Source of the DNA: a virus
Direction: 5' to 3' (one strand)
DNA length: 64,000 nt
Virus record (IMG/VR): IMGVR_UViG_3300035670_000096
Position 1 is the stretch's first letter. Each line of letters opens with the position of its first letter. Positions 29,740 through 38,171 of the stretch are shown here, one piece after another. The notes below the pieces were generated by a model that was not told the DNA's origin, made no database searches, and saw only the letters and a list, made by a program, of their open reading frames with translations. A program made the position numbers and the translations under genes.

Positions 29740-30148
29740 TGATTTTCAATTCTCCATTCGGGTAGATTCGCACTCGAAACCTCTTTACTACCGATTCTTC
29801 AGTAGGATGAAGGTATACCGGAGCGTTGAAGTTCCTTACGTTGTCGTCTTTAAGCACCCCGGCCTTGACGAGATAATCCAGCACTGTCGTCCACGCGCCG
29901 TCTCTATCCATAGCCCAAGACTTCTTTGGCAGGTAAGCCTTGAATTCGACCGCTGGGTGCTTTAACTCAAGGCCAAAGTATTCGGCGGGGATTTGGAGAA
30001 GGGCGTCGTTCTCGGCGTCTACAACCCTGGTCGGCTTAAATCGCCTGCCGCCCCTCCCTGATCCGTATGCGTTCTTCTTGGAGATAACGTCCGCTTCTAT
30101 CGTTATATCTAAACACGCATCGTCTTTGAATAATGGCATTGAGCACAC
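29726..30148 (-). CDS. RusA-like Holliday junction resolvase (tentative)
   Basis: DRDGAWTTVLDYLVKAGVLKDDNVRNF resembles the RusA D-x-D-N...DD catalytic region. 140 aa. Confidence 0.4.
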   Translation of the reverse strand: MCSMPLFKDDACLDITIEADVISKKNAYGSGRGGRRFKPTRVVDAENDALLQIPAEYFGLELKHPAVEFKAYLPKKSWAMDRDGAWTTVLDYLVKAGVLKDDNVRNFNAPVYLHPTEESVVKRFRVRIYPNGELKISADL

Positions 30149-30444
30149 AAAGTTTGAAGGTTGTCCATGTCGTGAGTCCCGCCAGAACTCCTATTCACGA
30201 TATGGTCACACTGTAGTTGAAGTACGCTAGAGCAAAACCGGCACCGCCACTTATCCCGCTCAAACACCTGCCGCTTCCTCATTTCCCAAAACAAGCGGTG
30301 AAGCTTGTCGAATACAAGAGATTCTTTCTTCCCTTTCTCGACGAAAACAGGCTCACTTCCCTCCGCTTCGGCTAAACCGAACGACTCCCGGCTTAGCTTA
30401 ACGACTTTCCATCCAGTAACACGCTCAAGAGAGGACTTGTTCAT
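30109..30444 (-). CDS. HNH endonuclease
   Basis: CRFCSSV..LQCDHIVNRSSGGTHDMDNLQTLCAQCH. Confidence 0.85.
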   Translation of the reverse strand: MNKSSLERVTGWKVVKLSRESFGLAEAEGSEPVFVEKGKKESLVFDKLHRLFWEMRKRQVFERDKWRCRFCSSVLQLQCDHIVNRSSGGTHDMDNLQTLCAQCHYSKTMRV

Positions 30445-30445
30445 G

Positions 30446-31243
30446 CTATTCCTCTGCTGTATAAACAGCGATCCAGGTAGTAAAGCACTCGGCCATCATA
30501 GCGTCAAAGATAACGCCCTCGTTCTCGGTCCCGACATAAGATCGAACCCGTGGGTCTTCCTTGAACTTCTCCCACTTCTTAGCCACTTCCTCACTGGCGC
30601 GAATTACCACCTTAGAGGGCATAACTACTTCCTTATCCACAATGCCTTGGTCGTGCATGTGTTCAATAAGGCCCTCGTAGTTCAGGTCTTTAGCCTTATT
30701 GACTAGTTCATTTCTGACGCTCATCTGGCGGTCTGAGATGAAGCCATTGTTATAAGGAATCGCACGGGCAATCGCCTTCAGCTTTGCGATGGTCAGGCCA
30801 TCGAAGGTGTTTACCGTGATCTGCGGGAACTCTCTCGCAATTCGCAGACATGAATAAGCATCGTTCCGGTTTATGCGGAATACCTTCGGAACGAGGTTGT
30901 CCATGAAGTCGGTGAAGTTCTTGCAGCCAAGGATGTCCAATACATCCTTCCGATACTGCAACACGCTGAACATTCGCCCAAGAATAGGGACCATTCGCCT
31001 ATGGGCACGCCCGACCCGGCTAAACACCTTCGTACAAGCAACGACTTGAGCCGCTAAGTCGTCGGCCTTGATGTTGTCCGGGATAACAACATCAATCTGA
31101 TCGTCAGGGTGTCGGAACACCGTGGCGATAATCTCTTTCTCCTGATCCGTTACATCATCCCCGATAAGGATCTCGGACAAGCTGTTCTCCAATTCGGCAG
31201 CTACCTGATGAACAGGACGCTTTAATACCTGAAATTCGCTCAT
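30446..31243 (-). CDS. hypothetical protein
   Basis: 265-aa ORF, tightly packed in the operon. No motif recognised. Confidence 0.6.
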   Translation of the reverse strand: MSEFQVLKRPVHQVAAELENSLSEILIGDDVTDQEKEIIATVFRHPDDQIDVVIPDNIKADDLAAQVVACTKVFSRVGRAHRRMVPILGRMFSVLQYRKDVLDILGCKNFTDFMDNLVPKVFRINRNDAYSCLRIAREFPQITVNTFDGLTIAKLKAIARAIPYNNGFISDRQMSVRNELVNKAKDLNYEGLIEHMHDQGIVDKEVVMPSKVVIRASEEVAKKWEKFKEDPRVRSYVGTENEGVIFDAMMAECFTTWIAVYTAEE

Positions 31244-31251
31244 GATCTCCT

Positions 31252-31527
31252 CTACGAAATAAGCACTGACTGCTTGGCGAATACCAAAGGCTCTTCAATC
31301 TCCTTGTCCCTTGGAACGAACTCCATCGAGTTAACGCATGTGATGACCGTCCCCTCAGGCAAAGTCGTCACCGACTCCATCTCGATTTCCAGATTAGGGA
31401 AAACCTTCTCTGCAAACTCTTGGGATTGCGTGATGGCCTCATCCCGATCCGCCGACTGGATATACAGGCTATCAAGGTCCTTCTTTTCTTTCGGCTTGCC
31501 GATCAGGAAATTCACTCTATAAAGCAT
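31252..31527 (-). CDS. hypothetical protein
   Basis: 91-aa ORF. No motif recognised. Confidence 0.5.
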   Translation of the reverse strand: MLYRVNFLIGKPKEKKDLDSLYIQSADRDEAITQSQEFAEKVFPNLEIEMESVTTLPEGTVITCVNSMEFVPRDKEIEEPLVFAKQSVLIS

Positions 31528-31553
31528 TCTGTCCTCTTGAAGATGTTACCACA

Positions 31554-33671
31554 CTATACCTTCTCTACAAACTTGTAGTAAGGCCCATTATACTGAACCT
31601 GGATAACACCCGTTCTCCCTTGGCGGTTCTTTACCACGATCAGTTCATCAGGCGGCGGCGGCTGACCTGCCTTCTTCCAGTATAAACTAGGCCGGTGCGG
31701 AAAAACGATCAAGTCGGCATCTGCTTCAATATCTCCCGACTCTCTCAAGTCGCTCATCTGTGGTCGGTTATCCCCACCTGGACGATTCTCCGCCGCACGG
31801 CTGACCTGAGCAGCCACGATCATTCGAGTATTGAACTCCATGGCGATGTCTTTAAGGGAGCGAGAAATCTCTGATACCTCCTGGAATCGGTTACCAGACT
31901 TGTTCGGGCACTTCATTCGTTGCAGGTAATCCACGACCACCATATCCGGGTTTCCGTGCTTCGCCTTGTATCGGGCGAGTTCTGCACGCAGAGAAAGAGG
32001 GGTCTTGCCGCCGCTATCAGAAATCCGCAGACTCCTCGGGGCGGAATGCCTTACAAACTCAATCACCCTCGCCTTCTCGTCTTCACTCAAACAGTTATGC
32101 AAGAAGTCGTCGCCCATGATCCCGACCTGCTGGCAAAAGATGCGAGTCCACATATCCTTCGCCCACATTTCGTGGCTATAAAAGAGCACTGACCGTTGCT
32201 TGTTGGCGGCTTCAAAGGCTAACTGACATAACAGGGCGGTGTTATGCGTTACCGTAAACCCGTCAGTGATATACAACTGGCGCGGATGGGACACGCTAAT
32301 GCACTGCATCTCCTCGAACGTCCCGGTTGACTCTACGCCAACAACTCCAATAAAAGGCTTATCTAGTTCGATATAAAGACAGTAGCTATATCCGCTCTCG
32401 GTGCGATGCCCAATAGCTACATTGCACGTTCCGCCTAGTGATCTGACTAGGTTTCGGATATCATCCGCAAGATGGTAGTCATCGGTGTCGTACCTGATGT
32501 ATCCAATCTTCTCAATGGCCTCCGCCCCGAAGCCAAGAACGCTGGATAGAGCCTCAAGTCGGGTACGCCTACCGGCTTGATAGTATTTCAACGGGATCCT
32601 GTTGCCATTCTCTTTGACGATATCCAAGATGCTGCGATCTTGATTGAACGACTTAAATCCAAACTCTCCACAGAACCTTGGCACGCCTATGGAACCAAAC
32701 CTTGCCTCAGGCTCACGAAGCAACTCTTCCAGCTTCTCGGTCGTCACGGTTGAGGACTTGCCGGTTTTTCTGTTCTGTACTCGCCACAGATGATCCCGGC
32801 AGCATTCAACACTCCTCCCGTCTTCAAACCAAACCTTAAATACTTCCTTCTTGCCTTGAGGGAAAATTCCGGTAACCTCAGATCGCCATCCGTCTACAGA
32901 TGCCAAGGTATCACCAACCTTAATGTCGCCCATCTTAACCCAAGAGCCATCAGACTTCAGAATCAAAGAACTGAGAGGCTGCGCCTTCCCGGTCGCAGGC
33001 CTTGCTCCAATAATCACAAGTTTTCCAGGCTCAAACCCGTTAATGTACTCGTTCAAGGTCGGGAACGGAGTAGTGATGGTATCCCGTTCGTTCTCGATAA
33101 AGTCGTAAATACCCTTAGGACTGCTCTCAACAATATCGTCGATTGTCTTTAAGGTATTAGCCTTGATAGAGTCCGTTGCAACGCCACGGATAAACTCCTC
33201 AGCGTGCCCGATAAGGTCGGCGGTATCAGCACCTTCGGAGATATTGGAGTCGATGCGTTTAGCGAACCCGAGGATCTTGCGGACAATATATAGATCGTGA
33301 AGCAGGTGGCAAGCGGCCTCTACGTCGATTTCGTCTTCCGACTCAAGCAGGTCGCGCATCCCGGATTCATAGTCATCCGGATCTACCTCGAACTCAACGC
33401 TCCGCTTGGCAGTCGCAAGACAGACTGACGGGTCTGGCAGGCGGCCTTGCTCGTTCGAGTTCAGGATGTACTTGTAGAAAATCTTGTGACGCACATCAGA
33501 GAAGTCGTCAACTGTTAAATTTGCAGTAATTACCTGAAGATTGAACGCTTTACGGAAACACTGGTAGAGAATCTTTCTTTCCAGATCGACGTTCTTAGTC
33601 CTGAATGTTCCGTCTCCAACCGACTCAGCGATTGTCGCGGCGATACTCTGCTTAACTTTCTTCTTATCCAT
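31554..33671 (-). CDS. DnaB-family replicative helicase interrupted by an intein in the P-loop
   Basis: Walker A is split as GARPATGK | intein | TALLCQLAFEAA. Downstream RecA-fold motifs: VVVDYLQRM, IVAAQVSR and DLRESGDIEADADLI. Confidence 0.85.
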   Translation of the reverse strand: MDKKKVKQSIAATIAESVGDGTFRTKNVDLERKILYQCFRKAFNLQVITANLTVDDFSDVRHKIFYKYILNSNEQGRLPDPSVCLATAKRSVEFEVDPDDYESGMRDLLESEDEIDVEAACHLLHDLYIVRKILGFAKRIDSNISEGADTADLIGHAEEFIRGVATDSIKANTLKTIDDIVESSPKGIYDFIENERDTITTPFPTLNEYINGFEPGKLVIIGARPATGKAQPLSSLILKSDGSWVKMGDIKVGDTLASVDGWRSEVTGIFPQGKKEVFKVWFEDGRSVECCRDHLWRVQNRKTGKSSTVTTEKLEELLREPEARFGSIGVPRFCGEFGFKSFNQDRSILDIVKENGNRIPLKYYQAGRRTRLEALSSVLGFGAEAIEKIGYIRYDTDDYHLADDIRNLVRSLGGTCNVAIGHRTESGYSYCLYIELDKPFIGVVGVESTGTFEEMQCISVSHPRQLYITDGFTVTHNTALLCQLAFEAANKQRSVLFYSHEMWAKDMWTRIFCQQVGIMGDDFLHNCLSEDEKARVIEFVRHSAPRSLRISDSGGKTPLSLRAELARYKAKHGNPDMVVVDYLQRMKCPNKSGNRFQEVSEISRSLKDIAMEFNTRMIVAAQVSRAAENRPGGDNRPQMSDLRESGDIEADADLIVFPHRPSLYWKKAGQPPPPDELIVVKNRQGRTGVIQVQYNGPYYKFVEKV
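32241..32984 (-). mobile_element. class-3-type intein (248 aa, Ala1, WCT triad) with degenerate LAGLIDADG region
   Basis: GK|AQPLSS...FTVTHN|T. First residue is Ala. Block B is RDHLW (Trp two residues after His), block F is MQCISV (Cys where Asp is usual), block G is THN (Thr). Endonuclease-like segment HLADDIRNLVRSLGG. Confidence 0.7.
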
Positions 33672-34317
33672 TAACCAGCCTCATTAGATCGACTCCACTG
33701 TTTTTCTGAACGTAATCATCCGGGTCCATCCCCTCGGGGAGCGTGACCACTTTAATCGGAAACCGCTCTTCGGCCAGTCCTTCCGCCGCACGCAATGCGG
33801 CACGAGAACCAGCAGAATCTCCGTCATAACAAAGCGCAACCCAATCAGCATACCGCTTCAACAGCCTCAACTGATGCCTTGTCATTGCCGTCCCGCAAGT
33901 AGCGACAACGTTCCTGATCCCGCACTCCCACAAAGCAGCTACGTCAAAATACCCCTCGACAACAATAGCGTAACCCATATCGAGGATATGGTCTTGCGCT
34001 TTGTCCAAGTTGTACAGAGTACGGGACTTAGAGTACAGAGGGCTTTCCGGCGAGTTGATATACTTGCTTTCGTCTTGCCCTAGTGTCCTTCCGCCAAACG
34101 CAATCAAGTCGCAAGCCGCGTTGAATATCGGAAACATCACCCTGTCGCTAAAGCGGTACATATAGCTGTCGCTAATCCTGCCTGCGTATCCAATCTCCAA
34201 CTCCTCAATCGTTTCATCAGACAACCCTCTGTTGATGAGGTATTCATGAATCTGCGCGTTTCTCCTCAAGTTTTCCTTGAACTCATCGAGATATTTCAGT
34301 AGCATCGGCTGGCTCAT
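33664..34317 (-). CDS. DnaG-type primase, RNA-polymerase/TOPRIM part only
   Basis: EYLINRGLSDETIEELEIGYA, RVMFPIFN..LIAFGGRTL, KYINSPESPLYSKSRTLYN, and TOPRIM VVEGYFDVAAL...DGDSAG. No zinc finger in this ORF. Confidence 0.8.
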   Translation of the reverse strand: MSQPMLLKYLDEFKENLRRNAQIHEYLINRGLSDETIEELEIGYAGRISDSYMYRFSDRVMFPIFNAACDLIAFGGRTLGQDESKYINSPESPLYSKSRTLYNLDKAQDHILDMGYAIVVEGYFDVAALWECGIRNVVATCGTAMTRHQLRLLKRYADWVALCYDGDSAGSRAALRAAEGLAEERFPIKVVTLPEGMDPDDYVQKNSGVDLMRLVNG

Positions 34318-34504
34318 CGACTTCGACTATTCTTTCAATCTTATCGAAGTTGAAAATCTTGACGTGATTTCTAAGATCGAAAAAGTACCCACTCGTTCCA
34401 TCCGGGTAATCGTGCTCCATGTACGAGCAAAGTTTCCACTTGCCGTTTTTCTTTATCCAATAAACTCGATCCTTGCAAACGTCTTTCAGCTTAACATCAC
34501 GCAC
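34283..34504 (-). CDS. hypothetical 73-aa protein between the two primase parts
   Basis: ORF overlaps the zinc-finger gene by 8 nt and the TOPRIM gene by 35 nt. No motif recognised. Confidence 0.45.
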   Translation of the reverse strand: MRDVKLKDVCKDRVYWIKKNGKWKLCSYMEHDYPDGTSGYFFDLRNHVKIFNFDKIERIVEVDEPADATEISR

Positions 34505-35138
34505 TCGAACGCCCCCTTTCTTCTTTTGCCATCGCTAATCGTTTACCAGATAAAAACCACGGAGGGTTCATCGCTCCTGCCCACGACTTTTGGGTTCGGT
34601 AGTATTCCATGAGGTCCTTTTCCGGCATACTCTCCAAGTCGCCAAGGGCTTTCTCTTTTGCCGACGCCTCGATGAAGAACTCATCTCCCTCCTCCCCTTC
34701 CCGCCTAGCTTTCCGATAGTTCCGCCAGACTGCGTTGGTGTAGCAGATCAGAGACTCAATCAGTCCTAGCCGCCACTTCTTGAAGTCCGCCGACTCAGCC
34801 GCCCGTCGCCTAGCCTGAGCCTCGTAAATCTTTCTCTGCTCCGGGCTTAGGTACTCGTCCCTGATTCCGGCCACCTGCTTACAATGCCCGATTGCTTCCT
34901 TAAAGTCAACCCCGTTGATCTGCTGCAAGAAAGAAAACACATCCCCCTTCGCCCCGCATCCGAAGCAGCGAAAGTACCCATGGTCGTCACTGACGCAAAA
35001 CGATGGCGTCCGCTCCTGATGAAAAGGGCAAAGGCCGACCCAGCGATTGCCAGAGGACCCGCTCTTCTTTAGTTCGACATACTCTTTGACGATATCGGAA
35101 AGCCGGATGCACTCCTTCACGTACCCAGCGTCTAGCAT
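34497..35138 (-). CDS. DnaG-type primase zinc-binding domain as a separate protein
   Basis: CPFHQERTPSFCVSDDHGYFRCFGCGAKGDVFSF, followed by a ~120-aa charged helical tail and a stop codon. Confidence 0.8.
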   Translation of the reverse strand: MLDAGYVKECIRLSDIVKEYVELKKSGSSGNRWVGLCPFHQERTPSFCVSDDHGYFRCFGCGAKGDVFSFLQQINGVDFKEAIGHCKQVAGIRDEYLSPEQRKIYEAQARRRAAESADFKKWRLGLIESLICYTNAVWRNYRKARREGEEGDEFFIEASAKEKALGDLESMPEKDLMEYYRTQKSWAGAMNPPWFLSGKRLAMAKEERGRSSA

Positions 35139-36541
35139 AGCGGCGTCGTTCCCCCGGTAGGCTCATACGGCCCACGAACCTCGTGCCACTTCTCGGAGGC
35201 AATCTTGTACCAGTGCTCGATTCTCTCCGGCGTCATTGCGTCCAGATTGCTTGCCTCAAGCAGGAACTCTTCCACCGCCTCCGGCAGCACTTGCCTGAGC
35301 ATACTCTCAATCGCCATCTTGCGGCGGTTCTTCTTTCGCTTCATCGCCCTCCACTGCTCCTCTTCTGGCGGCCTCCCTTCTGCCTGCTGGATAGTGTTTG
35401 TTTGAGCGGAAACGGCCCGTGGTGCGATTTTTTCTTCTTTCCCTACCCCGTGGTACCCCCCAGGGTTCTGATTCGTGTTTTTTGAATAATTACGTGCCCG
35501 GTAAGCAAACAGCCTTAATGGGAATCCTTTATCATCGCAGTAGGGGTCGCGCTTAAAATCTTCCAAGGCGGAGAGTATTTCTTCAAGCCCTTGTTCGTTG
35601 ATTAGTTTTTCTATTGCGTCTCCGTATTGCCTGTAGAGGGAGAGAATGCTTCCTCGGGAGTTTTTGTCTCTTTTGTTCTTTGGAATTTTATCGTAGGACT
35701 TTAGTACCGCACGGACATCTTCGTTCATGGTGTTTTCTTTTTCCTCGTTCTGAATGCTTTCTGTTTCAGTTGATCCTTCGGTGTTCCCGTGATCTTTCGT
35801 TTTGACAATTAAGGGAGCGAGGTTGCCAGACTCTTTCTTCTTTTCTTGTTCTTCTTGTTTTCTCTTCTTGTCATTGTCTACTGCTTTTTCGGAGTTCTCT
35901 GTGTTTGAGGTTTTTCTTCCTCTAAGAGGGAAAGAAGGATTCTCTACTGTTTCAATTACTAGAGTGTTTATGTTTACCTCTTCTTCTTTTTCTTTCTCTA
36001 TATATATATAAGATAGCCCTCCTTTGCCGGAGGAGGGTTGAGGCGCTACTGGAGGAGGGTCTACTGATAGGCCATCCTCTACGGTAGGAGGGTTTAAGAG
36101 GTACCCCTCCTTTACCGGAGGAGGGTTTTGGGGTTCAAATTCGGCCGCTGGTTCACGGTAAATGCTATTACCCTCCTTTGCTAGAGGTGGGTGCAGGAGG
36201 GAATCTTGCGTCCTGCAAGACCTAGTTTTGCCAGCCATCTTGATAATATTTTCTCGTTTAACCCTAAACAGAGGGGTCCTTCCGTTATCAAGTTCAACCT
36301 CAATCAACTGTAGTTCCTTCAGTTGGCTGACTTTCTTGGAGACTGTTTTCTTGGCCACGATCCAGCAAGAGAGCCTAGAGATTTCTTGCGCACTCACGCT
36401 TACCCAGCCTCCTGGACCGCCCGTGTTTATATTCGATAACCTCTCTATTACGGCTATAACGGCAGCCATTGCCACATCTCTGCCAGTGGCAAGCATACAG
36501 TCTTCGTGGATTTGTACGAAAGTATTTGGTACAATGTTCAT
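35132..36541 (-). CDS. replication-initiator-like DNA-binding protein (origin embedded in its own gene)
   Basis: 469-aa ORF with a winged-helix-like N-terminus (ISRLSCWIVAKKTVSKKVSQLKELQLIEV). A PP-x-x-EG repeat linker is encoded by the iterons. Lys/Glu-rich middle region. Lies directly upstream of the primase and helicase genes. Confidence 0.5.
   Translation of the reverse strand: MNIVPNTFVQIHEDCMLATGRDVAMAAVIAVIERLSNINTGGPGGWVSVSAQEISRLSCWIVAKKTVSKKVSQLKELQLIEVELDNGRTPLFRVKRENIIKMAGKTRSCRTQDSLLHPPLAKEGNSIYREPAAEFEPQNPPPVKEGYLLNPPTVEDGLSVDPPPVAPQPSSGKGGLSYIYIEKEKEEEVNINTLVIETVENPSFPLRGRKTSNTENSEKAVDNDKKRKQEEQEKKKESGNLAPLIVKTKDHGNTEGSTETESIQNEEKENTMNEDVRAVLKSYDKIPKNKRDKNSRGSILSLYRQYGDAIEKLINEQGLEEILSALEDFKRDPYCDDKGFPLRLFAYRARNYSKNTNQNPGGYHGVGKEEKIAPRAVSAQTNTIQQAEGRPPEEEQWRAMKRKKNRRKMAIESMLRQVLPEAVEEFLLEASNLDAMTPERIEHWYKIASEKWHEVRGPYEPTGGTTPLC
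35999..36201. repeat. putative origin of replication: (TA)6 tract plus four 21-bp palindromic iterons and two half-sites
   Basis: CCCTCCT-N7-AGGAGGG at 36017-36037, 36072-36092 (1 mismatch), 36105-36125 and 36171-36191 (1 mismatch). Extra AGGAGGG at 36053 and 36195. TATATATATATAA at 35999-36011. Spacings between full sites are 55, 33 and 66 bp. Confidence 0.6.
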
Positions 36542-36632
36542 GTATATAAGTTGTCCGTTCTGCGGAGGCTATGGCGCTAACCTAATGCCTCCGCATTTCT
36601 ATTGTATATCCAGCAGCCGGTTAAAACAGTAC

Positions 36633-36658
36633 CCCCGGCCAGATTTCTCCAGCCGGGG
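36633..36658 (-). terminator. possible terminator/hairpin downstream of the 36687 gene
   Basis: CCCCGGC / GCCGGGG 7-bp stem with a 12-nt loop. On the - strand it is followed by GTACTGTTTT. A second 9-bp inverted repeat, TGCGGAGGC/GCCTCCGCA, lies at 36559-36597. Confidence 0.35.
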
Positions 36659-36686
36659 TTCCTTTCCCTGGGTTACTGCCCAACCA

Positions 36687-36989
36687 TTACGCAGGTTGGC
36701 CGCTAGATTCCGATGGTGTTCCATCGGGAGCCTGTTCCTTCTTGAAGTAGACACTACCGCAATGCTCGCAGGTCTTGTACTCCCCGAGTCTGATGTATGA
36801 TCTCGCGTCAATCCATCCTAGGTTCATCGTCTCTGGGGACAGCCGATGCTTTCTGTTGCCGTCGTGCCGGTACGGAACATAGGAGACGTGAATGGATCCG
36901 TATTCGTCTTCGTAAGACTCATCCTCGATAGTGAATCGAGTCATCTTTACGCCCTCGCGCCGCATTATTTCATCGGTAACTTTCCCCAA
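36687..36989 (-). CDS. hypothetical protein (true start probably an internal Met, e.g. MTRFTIEDES at 36944)
   Basis: 100-aa ORF with a GAGGG RBS before Met16. C-terminal CEHCGS motif. Confidence 0.5.
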   Translation of the reverse strand: MGKVTDEIMRREGVKMTRFTIEDESYEDEYGSIHVSYVPYRHDGNRKHRLSPETMNLGWIDARSYIRLGEYKTCEHCGSVYFKKEQAPDGTPSESSGQPA

Positions 36990-37110
36990 CCCGGAACCCC
37001 TTTCTCATCGACTGCAATTTCTTCAGTAAATCATCCATTTTCTTCTGGTTATCGACAATAACCTCATCTGTTACTGGAATGATTACACCGTTAGTTCTTG
37101 GGTATTTCAT
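36970..37110 (-). CDS. hypothetical 46-aa protein
   Basis: Trimmed from the 36970-37236 ORF to MKYPRTNGV.... GGAG lies 6 nt upstream of ATG at 37110. The longer version would overlap the upstream gene by 146 nt. Confidence 0.4.
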   Translation of the reverse strand: MKYPRTNGVIIPVTDEVIVDNQKKMDDLLKKLQSMRKGFRVGESYR

Positions 37111-37483
37111 TGTCGTCTCCGGTGATCTGATTGAGAGCCTGCGATGCGATATAAAGCTGGCATGACTCATCATGGCCTTGGGACAACTGGCAGCAAGATA
37201 AGCATACTTGATCCCCGTTGCTATTCCAGGTCTCAACCGAGGAGAGATAGGCGTCTTTGTTGGCTATCTTCTTGAGGGCCTCAATTGCTATCGTTAGCTT
37301 GTCATTGGTGGGCGAATCGCTGTATTCCACAACCCACCCTAGTTCGATTGCTGAATTAACTAGATCGTTAGCACATTGGCAAGCTAGGTAGCTAGGCAAG
37401 CCTTCCCCTCCAGCATTGCCAAACGAAGCAGAGTAGATTTGCTTGGCCGCTTCCCATCGAACTTTATCAATTATCTTTAGCAT
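37091..37483 (-). CDS. hypothetical protein
   Basis: 130-aa ORF packed in the leftward early region. Confidence 0.55.
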   Translation of the reverse strand: MLKIIDKVRWEAAKQIYSASFGNAGGEGLPSYLACQCANDLVNSAIELGWVVEYSDSPTNDKLTIAIEALKKIANKDAYLSSVETWNSNGDQVCLSCCQLSQGHDESCQLYIASQALNQITGDDNEIPKN

Positions 37484-37934
37484 CTTCTTCCTTCCTTCCC
37501 ATGGCCGCTGCTGTTCCTGCTGTAGCCTCTTCCTCTGTTAGCCCGTCGTAGGCGCGACCGCCGCTGTCTCGTGCCCAGATTGTCTTATCAATGCATTGGT
37601 TAGGCTCTATTCCAAGCCGCAGCATATCCCGCACATGGTCGTTAAATAGTCCGGTTACATAGGAACTCCTCCCGTCTACGTATCGCCGCGCCATCCAGTG
37701 AAAATCCCTTACGATCCCTCGCAGTATTTCGTTTTCCCGCTCCAAGGTTTCGTATGCGGTAGAGTCCTGGTGCTCTACCGAGACCGCCTCTAGCGCCGAC
37801 ATCAGCCTCTCTTTTTCGGCCCTATTCCGCAATAACTCTTCTTGTAATATCCGAATCGAATATTCAGCCGCCTCTAGCGCCGCATTATCCTCTATGTCTT
37901 TCCAGAACCTCTCGATGAAATCATTAGGCATCAT
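37467..37934 (-). CDS. hypothetical protein
   Basis: 155-aa ORF, helical/coiled-coil-like. Confidence 0.55.
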   Translation of the reverse strand: MMPNDFIERFWKDIEDNAALEAAEYSIRILQEELLRNRAEKERLMSALEAVSVEHQDSTAYETLERENEILRGIVRDFHWMARRYVDGRSSYVTGLFNDHVRDMLRLGIEPNQCIDKTIWARDSGGRAYDGLTEEEATAGTAAAMGRKEEDAKDN

Positions 37935-37943
37935 TCGTCCTTT

Positions 37944-38171
37944 CTACGTCCAAAAGTATTCATACGCTCTTCCGCAAAACTCAGCCCACTCATACCGAAG
38001 CTCCGCCCTAGCCTTCTTGTCCCTGTACCCACGGTATGAACTACAGAAACTGCACGAGTCTATCTTAGGCGCATCAGAATTGCAAACCGGACAATGGCCC
38101 CAGTAGACTCTCCAAAGTCCTCTGCGATAAACAAGCCAATCAAGCATTCTTGTCCTCCATGTCTTTGTCAA
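37944..38171 (-). CDS. hypothetical Cys-rich small protein
   Basis: 75-aa ORF with CPVCNS...CSFCSS (zinc-ribbon-like). Confidence 0.5.
   Translation of the reverse strand: MTKTWRTRMLDWLVYRRGLWRVYWGHCPVCNSDAPKIDSCSFCSSYRGYRDKKARAELRYEWAEFCGRAYEYFWT

Noticed and set aside
36162-36800. 212-aa + strand ORF antisense to the initiator-like gene and the adjacent intergenic region.
   Set aside because: It has no RBS, crosses an intergenic hairpin region and has a low-complexity Ser/Leu composition. The - strand gene fits the operon.
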